From an uncultured Bacteroidales bacterium (GTDB lineage Bacteria; Bacteroidota; Bacteroidia; Bacteroidales; UBA1715), in NCBI GenBank assembly GCA_937892155.1, contig CALAUG010000021.1:13653-77652 (forward strand): a stretch of 64,000 nucleotides of DNA, written 5' to 3'. Below the pieces are notes generated by a model. That model ran no database searches. It worked only from the letters and a program-made list of their open reading frames with translations, and had not been told where the DNA came from. The translations under genes and the position numbers were made by a program. Shown in pieces: positions 17,931 through 25,268 of this stretch (its first letter is position 1; every line of letters starts with the position of its first letter).

Positions 17931-19268
17931 TTACATTGCTGGTGGTGGAGGAGGGACAGCCCCAAATAATTGAGATAATTCTTGAACATTACCAGCAAGT
18001 TCCCAATTTGCCATACCTTGTTTCCAAACATATGTGTTGGTTGTTAATTGTCCATTTTGTACCATTTGTGCAAGTTGTTGCATATTATATGGACCTGAAT
18101 TTTGACCATTAATAGAAACATTGTATTGTACTTGAGGTGGAGCGGGAGGGGTATTCATTGCCTGATTCATGTTTTGTCCCATGTTATTCATCATGCCTGC
18201 CATTTGCTGACCCATAGCTCCTCCCATCATCATTCCGGTCATCATTCCAGCAGGATTCATTCCGCCGCCGTTGCCACCATTCATGCTGCCCATTTGACCA
18301 AGGTTGCTTGCTGCAGTCTGTAGTACATTTGTTTGTTGATCAAGAGCATGTGCCCCCATAAAGTTGGTTTCCGTTTGCAAGCGTTGTGCACGTTGAGCTT
18401 CTTCTCTTTGAATACGTAAGGTCTCTTCCATGTTTTGAGCATTGATATTTTGCATATCCTGTGCATTTTTTATGTTGAGATCTGTTTGTGCACTAATTGT
18501 TTTTGCTTGTTGCTCTGCTGTTACTTTACGAAGTTCTGCATAACCGTCACTTTCCTTGTCTGGCTCAATTGTTGCCAAATCAAAACCTTTCATGTTTACA
18601 CCAAAATCAGATTCTAATCTTGGTTTTAGATGTTGTGCTATGATTTCGTTTATATCAAGGATTTTCCTTTCCATTTGGAGAACAGGAATACCATTGTCAG
18701 CTGGAATGTTAGTGATGACACCCTTTACATATTTAATAACTGCATCTTTTACTTGTGTCTTGAATTCTTCCAATTCAAAGTTTATTAAACGATGAAGTTT
18801 TATGAATGCTTTATAATCTGTGATATTAAATGTGATGGTGCCTCGCGCAGACATAGGAACTGCAAAATCTAAAAATCTTGGATCAAATACATCAAAATAT
18901 GGTACGGCAAATTTTATTTGTATTATACCAGATAGGTTAATGTAATAGATTTCTGCTTGGAATGGTGTGGCGCCTCCAAAAGCTAATCCAACGATACCGG
19001 AAAGAATAGGAAAGTTTGCTGTTTTTATTGTGTCGTCGTATGGTCCTACAATAAAATCCTGCATAGAACCATCTTTTTGTTTGTACACGAATACAGCGAC
19101 TTCTCCATCTTTAACTCTCAGACTACTACCAAAACGTATAGAATTTTCTTTGTTAGTTGAATTTAAATCAGCACCTGCAGGACGCCATTTCCATACTAGA
19201 TATTCCGCTTCATCACAGCGGATGACATCCATCAATCCACCTTCTTTTCCTTTACTAAATAAACCCAT
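17931..19268 (-). CDS. SPFH/Band-7 family protein of the YdjI ('virion core protein-like', COG4260) type, with low-complexity linker and C-terminal GYF_2 domain
   Basis: The N-terminal 250 aa (MGLFSKGKEGGLMDVIRCDE..YLVWKW...GS.L.V...E.AVF) match the YdjI-type SPFH pattern. Then a coiled coil, an M/G/N/Q-rich tract, GYF_2 (GPYNMQQL...YVWKQGMANW) and a PPPPPAM tail. Confidence 0.82.
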   Translation of the reverse strand: MGLFSKGKEGGLMDVIRCDEAEYLVWKWRPAGADLNSTNKENSIRFGSSLRVKDGEVAVFVYKQKDGSMQDFIVGPYDDTIKTANFPILSGIVGLAFGGATPFQAEIYYINLSGIIQIKFAVPYFDVFDPRFLDFAVPMSARGTITFNITDYKAFIKLHRLINFELEEFKTQVKDAVIKYVKGVITNIPADNGIPVLQMERKILDINEIIAQHLKPRLESDFGVNMKGFDLATIEPDKESDGYAELRKVTAEQQAKTISAQTDLNIKNAQDMQNINAQNMEETLRIQREEAQRAQRLQTETNFMGAHALDQQTNVLQTAASNLGQMGSMNGGNGGGMNPAGMMTGMMMGGAMGQQMAGMMNNMGQNMNQAMNTPPAPPQVQYNVSINGQNSGPYNMQQLAQMVQNGQLTTNTYVWKQGMANWELAGNVQELSQLFGAVPPPPPAM

Positions 19269-19286
19269 TTTCTTACGTGTTATAGA

Positions 19287-20360
19287 TTAAAGAATATCGT
19301 TGTTAACAGCATCTATGCCTTTTTTGATTAAAATGGCAAAAACACAGACTCCTACAAATCCAAGTGTTGCAAGTCCACCAGAAACAATACAACCAATTAT
19401 GAAAATTATAAATGATACTCCCAAGCCAATACCTCTCCAGCTTTTGAATACTGATAATATCTTTTCTTTTTTTGCGTTTTTTTCTGCTTGGAGCTCAGCT
19501 TCAATCTTTCCGTGTAATTCTTGTGGAATTTTTGTGAATCGTTTGTAGTTTTTGGGTAATCTTTTCATTAATGAGATAACCGTGTTTGTTGCTTGCTCAA
19601 GAAATGTTTTGTCGTTTCCTGACATCATAACAATCTTTTGATAGACTTGGTCTGCTTTTTGAATCCAAACTTCCTCTTCCTTGCCAATCACACCATCGTT
19701 ATCATAAGCGTTACTAGTAGCCATTGCTAATAGTTCTAACAAATCCTCTTTGGTATTTGGGACAGGGAAGTTCTTTATCACATTGGCTTTCTCGGCCATT
19801 ATCTTTCTCTCAATTTCTTTAGACTGTTCGTTTAGTTGTCTCATCAAATCTTCACGTTCCTCATCTTGTCTTTCTTTTTTACTACCATTGCCGAAAATAT
19901 CTACAGCGGCATTTAATACACCACTTCCGCTATTATGTCTGGCCGATAGTTCGTTAAGACTTTGTGTTTTTACTTTTTCAAAATCTGCAAGTTCTTTCGA
20001 CTTTTTCATTTCTATTTGTTGCAGCATTTCAAAAAGTTGATTTGCACTTTTGACAGACTCAATACCTTTAAATTCGAAACCACATTCTGGACATTTTGAT
20101 TGGAAACCAGATATTGGTGCACCGCAAGCTGGACATTTTTGCACAACACCATATTTGTTTGACTGTGGGTTTTGTGCAGGTTTCTCAGCTTCTTTCTTTT
20201 TGTTCATTTCAAAAATTCGAGAGTTCAAAACCATCTCAAATTCGTCTTTGTCAATGCCGAAAGCTTCTGCTTTCTTTATCAGAACGTTTTTTTCACTATC
20301 AGTGACTTCTCCATCTGCTAGAGCGGCGGAAATCAAATTTTCAAGTTCTTCGTTATACAT
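19287..20360 (-). CDS. TerB-like N-terminal motif / double zinc-ribbon / C-terminal TM-hairpin protein
   Basis: ALADGEVTDSEKNVLIKKAEAFGIDKDEFEMVL (TerB-like ADG-x-E helix pair). CPACG...CPECG at aa 76-93. Long helical middle. C-terminal GIGLGVSFIIFIIGCIVSGGLATLGFVGVCVFAILI. Confidence 0.7.
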   Translation of the reverse strand: MYNEELENLISAALADGEVTDSEKNVLIKKAEAFGIDKDEFEMVLNSRIFEMNKKKEAEKPAQNPQSNKYGVVQKCPACGAPISGFQSKCPECGFEFKGIESVKSANQLFEMLQQIEMKKSKELADFEKVKTQSLNELSARHNSGSGVLNAAVDIFGNGSKKERQDEEREDLMRQLNEQSKEIERKIMAEKANVIKNFPVPNTKEDLLELLAMATSNAYDNDGVIGKEEEVWIQKADQVYQKIVMMSGNDKTFLEQATNTVISLMKRLPKNYKRFTKIPQELHGKIEAELQAEKNAKKEKILSVFKSWRGIGLGVSFIIFIIGCIVSGGLATLGFVGVCVFAILIKKGIDAVNNDIL

Positions 20361-20409
20361 ATTCTTTTTTAATATTTAGTACTATATATGAGTGTATATA
20401 AGTTTGCAG

Positions 20410-21345
20410 TTACTCTTCTACCACTTCTCCTTTTTTGTTGATAATTACATCCTTATCATTAAGCTCTACCTGTGCTTTACCATCTTTGAAATCCTCTGCA
20501 TCTTCATAAATGGCTGGTAAAACGATGTTGCCTTTTGTGTCCATGTAGCCAAAGGTATCTTTATCGTCATCTTTAAAAGCAAGCATACCATCTTTTACGC
20601 AGGAATATCTATATTTTGTTGGCAAGGCGCATATGGTTTCCCCTTTGGTGTTTATTAATTTGAGATGTTCATCTTTTGTTTCAACAATTGCAAATCCTTC
20701 ACTAAAATCATCTGCATCTTCAAATTGGAATGAAATACTTATTTCTCCATTTTTGTTTATGTATCCAAATTCTCCATTGTTGTTTGCTACGGTGGCAAGA
20801 CCATCTTTTGTGAAAGATCCGGCATGTTTAAATGTCATATCAAATTTAGTGTCCCCTTTGGTATCAATGTAACTATAAATCCATTCGTCTGTCGTTCTAA
20901 CAACTGCAAAGCCTTCAACAAAATCTTCCGCATCGTAGTATTTACAATCAATAGCTATTTCGCCTTGATGATTGATGTACCCATATCTTGTGTTCATATA
21001 TGATGGTTTTGTTGTGTCTGTAATCTCAACTCTTATGAGAGCAAGTCCATTCGAAAAATTTTGTATGGATTTTAATTTATAGCCCTTGAAATCCATATTA
21101 TCTACAAACCATGGTAATACTTCTTCACCTTTAGTGTTGATGAATGTGCAGCTGTCATATCCTTCAGCTCTGACCATTGCGAGACCATCGGAGAAATCGC
21201 CAATGCCACGATATTGTGTACTTAGTTTATTGTAAACTTTTTCACCCAAAACGTCTTTGGGAGCTCCTTCTTGTAGTGATGAACTACAAGAACAAAAGAA
21301 TAAACCGCTAATTAATACAGAAAGTGTTAATATATTTTTTTTCAT
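20410..21345 (-). CDS. WG-repeat (KWG) lipoprotein
   Basis: Signal/lipobox LFFCSC. Repeated YGYINxxGExxIxxxYxDAxDFxEGFAxV units are typical of WG-containing repeats. Confidence 0.8.
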   Translation of the reverse strand: MKKNILTLSVLISGLFFCSCSSSLQEGAPKDVLGEKVYNKLSTQYRGIGDFSDGLAMVRAEGYDSCTFINTKGEEVLPWFVDNMDFKGYKLKSIQNFSNGLALIRVEITDTTKPSYMNTRYGYINHQGEIAIDCKYYDAEDFVEGFAVVRTTDEWIYSYIDTKGDTKFDMTFKHAGSFTKDGLATVANNNGEFGYINKNGEISISFQFEDADDFSEGFAIVETKDEHLKLINTKGETICALPTKYRYSCVKDGMLAFKDDDKDTFGYMDTKGNIVLPAIYEDAEDFKDGKAQVELNDKDVIINKKGEVVEE

Positions 21346-21362
21346 AATAGTTACTTGTTAGA

Positions 21363-21599
21363 TTATTCAAATTGTTTGTTTGCACATTTAACTGTTATTT
21401 TGGTAAGTCTAGCTTTTTGTTCTTCCGTTAGTTTGCTTTCATCTTCTTGATCTAGACTTGCTGCCGCTTTTGTGATAGCTGTGATGTCTCCAGATTCGCA
21501 TGCTTTTTCCAATGCGTCAAGTTTTGAGTCAATACTATTGCAACTGGCAAATACAAATGCTGAAATTGCAATACCAATGGTAAATAATGTTTTTTTCAT
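21363..21599 (-). CDS. small lipoprotein (78 aa), paralog of the upstream gene
   Basis: MKKTLFTIGIAISAFVFASCNS lipobox. Shares IDSK..A.EKAC.SGD.TAITKAA..L...EEQKAR..KI.V.C with the 76-aa neighbour. Confidence 0.6.
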   Translation of the reverse strand: MKKTLFTIGIAISAFVFASCNSIDSKLDALEKACESGDITAITKAAASLDQEDESKLTEEQKARLTKITVKCANKQFE

Positions 21600-21628
21600 A
21601 GTTGTGTATTATGTTTAAATTTATATTG

Positions 21629-21859
21629 TTATTTGTTTTTGCATTCAACGAATATTTTTGCTACTCTGGCTTTTTGTTCCTCTGTTGCCAGATTCTTGTC
21701 TACTTTCTCTAATGCTTCAGCTGCTTTTGTGATTGCTGTCGGATCTCCAGACTTACAAGCCTTTTCAAATGCGTTAATTTTGGAATCAATTTCATTGCTA
21801 CAACTAGCAAATACCGTTAATGAAATAATTGTACCGATAACTAATAATACTTTTTTCAT
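21629..21859 (-). CDS. small lipoprotein (76 aa), first gene of the block
   Basis: MKKVLLVIGTIISLTVFASCSN lipobox. Tandem paralog of 21363-21599. Confidence 0.6.
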   Translation of the reverse strand: MKKVLLVIGTIISLTVFASCSNEIDSKINAFEKACKSGDPTAITKAAEALEKVDKNLATEEQKARVAKIFVECKNK

Positions 21860-22030
21860 TTTTTTTATTTTTTTTGTTATACATAAATTTTACAGTGACA
21901 AATTTTTGATTTTTATTTTATTAAAAAAAAGGTCTTTTTGGGTCATTTGTGAGTGGTTGTTAGTTAGTGATTTAGTGTTTTTGTAAGTTTTTTGTGTCAT
22001 ATTGAGTCTGTTTTGTATGATTAATTTTTT

Positions 22031-22155
22031 TGCATTTGGAGTGGTAGACATAAAATAAAATCTTGCATTTGGTGCGGTAGATATAAAATAAAATCTTGCA
22101 TTTGGTGCGGTAGGTGCAAAATAAAATCTTGCATTTGGTGCGTTAAATAAAAAAT
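22031..22155. repeat. 33-bp tandem repeat array (3 full copies plus 1 partial) in a divergent intergenic region
   Basis: Copies start at 22031, 22064, 22097 and 22130. Consensus is TGCATTTGGTGCGGTAGATATAAAATAAAATCT, with variation concentrated at unit positions 10-12 and 18-21. Confidence 0.9.
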
Positions 22156-22193
22156 ATGTGTATATTTGTTGTGTGTAAAATATTGATAATCAA

Positions 22194-23546
22194 ATGAAAC
22201 GTAAGATTTATAGTGAATTGCTCAATTGGAAGCAAAAATATAATGGAGAAGTGGCAATTCTTGTCGACGGTGCTCGTCGTATTGGCAAGAGTTTTATAGT
22301 TGAGGAATTTGCCCAAAAAGAGTATAAATCGTACGTGCTTTTTGATTTTGGAAAAGTGGGCGAGGGTATAAAAAATTTGTTTGAAAATTATCTAGATAAA
22401 TTAGATGTTTTTTTTCAATATGTTTCATTGGAAACTGGTGTGAAATTGTACGAACGGAACACGGTTTTTATTTTCGATGAGGTTCAAAATTATCCCAAAG
22501 CTCGTGCCGCTATCAAATATCTTGTTGCCGATGGTCGGTACGATTACATAGAAACTGGCTCGTTGGTAAGCATTAACAAAAATGTGAAAGATATTATCAT
22601 TCCGTCGGAAGAACGACGAATTGATATGTATCCAATGGATTTTGAGGAATTTCTTTGGGCAATGGGGAACGACAATCTGATGGATTTTATTCGTGATTGC
22701 TTTGCAAATAAACGTCCTCTTGGAAATTCGTTGCATAGAAAAGCAATGGAATATTTTCGTCAGTATATGATTGTTGGCGGTATGCCTCAAGCTGTGGAAA
22801 AATACATAAAGACTCGTGATTTTGTTGAGGTGGATAAGATAAAACGTGACATTTTAAAATTGTATCGTAATGATATAAGTAAATATGCAACAGGTGTGGA
22901 AGCAAAAGTTACTGGCATTTATGATAAACTTGCTTCACAGTTGCAGCGACACGAAAAGCGTTTTAAGTTGAGCGACGTTCGTACAGGTGGAAAAATGCGG
23001 GATTTTCAAACTTCTTTTTTTTGGTTGAGCGAATCTCGTGTAGTAAATATTTGTTATAAGTCAACGGAGCCAAGTATTGGTTTGGAACTAAAGTTGGACG
23101 ATAGTACAATAAAATTGTATATGGCAGACACAGGTTTGCTCATTTCTCATGCATTTAGCGAAGCGCAAATAACAAATAATCAATTATATAAAAAGTTGAT
23201 GCTCGATAAGTTGGAGATTAACAAAGGTATGCTTGTGGAGAATGTTGTTGCTCAAATGCTTGTGGCAGGAGGTCATAAGTTGTTTTTCTATTCAAATGCA
23301 ACGCGTGAAAGCGTTGACGATAGGATGGAAATTGATTTTTTGATAGCTAAACCAGTTATAACCAATCGTCATAATATTTCGCCTATAGAAGTGAAGTCAA
23401 GTAGTAACTATACGTTAACATCATTAGAAAAGTGCATAAAAAAATACAATGCGTACTTAGCAACGCCGTATGTGATTCATTCTGCTGATTTAGAAGAAAA
23501 AAATGGCATATTGTACTTGCCGTTGTATATGACACCATTGTTGTAG
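22194..23546 (+). CDS. AAA-family ATPase with DUF4143-type C-terminal domain (COG1373-like)
   Basis: Walker A GARRIGKS and Walker B FIFDEVQ. 450 aa, with the C-terminal EIDFL...PIEVKSS motif typical of DUF4143 (restriction-endonuclease-like) modules. Confidence 0.82.
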   Translation: MKRKIYSELLNWKQKYNGEVAILVDGARRIGKSFIVEEFAQKEYKSYVLFDFGKVGEGIKNLFENYLDKLDVFFQYVSLETGVKLYERNTVFIFDEVQNYPKARAAIKYLVADGRYDYIETGSLVSINKNVKDIIIPSEERRIDMYPMDFEEFLWAMGNDNLMDFIRDCFANKRPLGNSLHRKAMEYFRQYMIVGGMPQAVEKYIKTRDFVEVDKIKRDILKLYRNDISKYATGVEAKVTGIYDKLASQLQRHEKRFKLSDVRTGGKMRDFQTSFFWLSESRVVNICYKSTEPSIGLELKLDDSTIKLYMADTGLLISHAFSEAQITNNQLYKKLMLDKLEINKGMLVENVVAQMLVAGGHKLFFYSNATRESVDDRMEIDFLIAKPVITNRHNISPIEVKSSSNYTLTSLEKCIKKYNAYLATPYVIHSADLEEKNGILYLPLYMTPLL

Positions 23547-23742
23547 AATGTTACGAAGGATATAGGTGGCATTTTATATGGACGAATTTTTACACTTGTT
23601 AATGCATATTTCGTATGTGGCTATTGAGGTACAAATAGGTTTCCGTCTTGTTGTTTCTGTCAACAGCTGTGGGTTTATAAATGAATTGGTAGAAGATTGT
23701 TGTATAGATGCGAAATGTTCTGGACTGTATATTATTTAGCAA

Positions 23743-25224
23743 CTAGTATAGTGGTAAGTTTTGCATATACTTTTGAAATTTTGTTTCGCATTGCAAGTAT
23801 ATTGCATTGACGTCTTCTCTAGCCTGTATGTCTGATAGTAATTCTTGACTTTGTAATATTTCACGAACGGAAAGCCTAAATTGCGTTATGTCGGTGAGGG
23901 CTTCGTCTTGGGTTGTGTATTTGTTATTCTTTAAGTTGTTGAGAATTGGTGCCGCAAGTTGTTCTATTTTTTGTTTGAATTTATTTGTCTTGTCGTTTTC
24001 TGCCTTTTGTGGCAAAAATTTTAGAGCATGGATGCTTCTGCATTCCTCGGCGTATTTCTGTTGGATAGAAATAAGCGCATTGCTGTAGTCGTGATAGTGT
24101 GGATCGCTCGCAGAAACTTCTTTGAGTAATTCCATTCGTTTGCTATATGTTTCGGTGAGACATTTTGTGAGTAATGAATCGGATTCGTGAAAGGAAGTTG
24201 CCGTTGGTAGTTTTGCAAGGATAGGTTCTGCAATATTTCGCATTGCTACATCTGCTTTGTTTATTTTTTCTTGTAAATCTATTGGTAATCTATTATCATT
24301 TCTAGTGTTTCGTTGTTCTAATTTTTGAACAGTGTCGACTTGTTTAATAACAATTGTATCGCTTTTTTGAATGACAATTGTATCTGACGTTTTTGTGTCT
24401 ATTGTTGGTGCTTCTGGTCTTTGTTTGTGAGAATGTGTAAAAAAAATAGATGCAAGACCTATGATAATAATACAGAAAGCAATAATGGTTATTGGTTTGC
24501 GTAATTCAATGCGATGAATGATTTCATTGGCATTGTTGAATCGTTTTTCTTTATAAGTTTTGGTACATTTTTGTTTTATGAAATAGTACCGATGTGGAAA
24601 TATAAGGTTGAGTAGTTTTCCGAAAGCATAAATATCGCAACGTAAATCTACATCCTTTGTTTCGTCGAGTTGCTCGGGTGCTGCATAACCATCGCTGCCA
24701 GCAGCTTGTTTGAAGATTGCGTATGTGTCGGAGTCGGAGAGTCCGAAGTCTATGATTTTTACATTGTTGCCCTTACGTGTTATGAGTATGTTTTGTGGTT
24801 TTAGGTCGCGATGAATAATTTGCATGGAATGGAAATAACTCATCGCCGACAAAATCTCTATGCAAATTCGTTTTTTTGTTCTTCGAGATGGATTTGTCGC
24901 TAAGAATTCGGCAAGTGTCCAACCATCAACGTATTCCATAGTGAAACAAAGTCCAAATTTCTCGTTGTTCTCGAGCGAAATGGCGCGGACAATATTTGGA
25001 TGTTCCAGTTGGATTTCGAGTTCAAATTCTTTCTTAAGAAATTCTTTGTATGTGGTCAATTCGGCATATTCGGGTTGCAACCCTTTCAAAAAGAACCATT
25101 TCCCGAACCGCTTAACTTTACAGAGAGAATAAAATCCTTTATTGCTGACTTCGCCGTATTCGCTTGTCTTGAATACGTTTGACGGGTCGTTTACTATGAA
25201 TCCAGAATTTGAATTGTTTTCCAT
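23743..25224 (-). CDS. membrane-anchored Ser/Thr protein kinase, paralog 1 (two C-terminal helical modules)
   Basis: HRDLKPQNILI, DFGLS and YAAPE motifs. TM helix PITIIAFCIIIIGLASIFF follows the kinase domain. Start trimmed to ATG 25224 (MENNSNSGF), which aligns with the paralog start. Confidence 0.85.
   Translation of the reverse strand: MENNSNSGFIVNDPSNVFKTSEYGEVSNKGFYSLCKVKRFGKWFFLKGLQPEYAELTTYKEFLKKEFELEIQLEHPNIVRAISLENNEKFGLCFTMEYVDGWTLAEFLATNPSRRTKKRICIEILSAMSYFHSMQIIHRDLKPQNILITRKGNNVKIIDFGLSDSDTYAIFKQAAGSDGYAAPEQLDETKDVDLRCDIYAFGKLLNLIFPHRYYFIKQKCTKTYKEKRFNNANEIIHRIELRKPITIIAFCIIIIGLASIFFTHSHKQRPEAPTIDTKTSDTIVIQKSDTIVIKQVDTVQKLEQRNTRNDNRLPIDLQEKINKADVAMRNIAEPILAKLPTATSFHESDSLLTKCLTETYSKRMELLKEVSASDPHYHDYSNALISIQQKYAEECRSIHALKFLPQKAENDKTNKFKQKIEQLAAPILNNLKNNKYTTQDEALTDITQFRLSVREILQSQELLSDIQAREDVNAIYLQCETKFQKYMQNLPLY
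24556..25095. repeat. 540-bp perfect direct repeat, copy A (kinase catalytic core)
   Basis: Identical base-for-base to 25815-26354 (offset 1259 bp) in the end regions and interior lines I aligned by hand; the encoded proteins are identical across the block. Flanking sequence stays homologous but diverged. Confidence 0.9.
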
Positions 25225-25268
25225 ACAACAAAAATAATGGAAAATTGTTTGTTTTTCTCTAATCAACT

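Noticed and set aside
17627-18112. 161-aa plus-strand ORF, with similar long antisense ORFs at 34619-35131, 35555-36025, 45138-45686, 43780-44205 and 49412-49861
   Set aside because: Each lies entirely opposite a strongly supported gene (lipoprotein/SPFH, ileS, mnmE, mutS2, cinA). Their compositions are low-complexity mirror images such as Ser/Ala or His/Ser runs. They are shadow ORFs.
22031-22155. Possible CRISPR array
   Set aside because: The repeats are directly abutting with no spacers, there are only 3.8 copies, and no cas genes are in the window. It is a simple tandem repeat.
24436-24450. A8/T8 homopolymer inside kinase 1 (also T8 in the AAA ATPase at about 23025) as phase-variation tracts
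   Set aside because: Runs of 8 are common in this AT-rich genome, the reading frames are intact, and there is no evidence of length heterogeneity from a single sequence.
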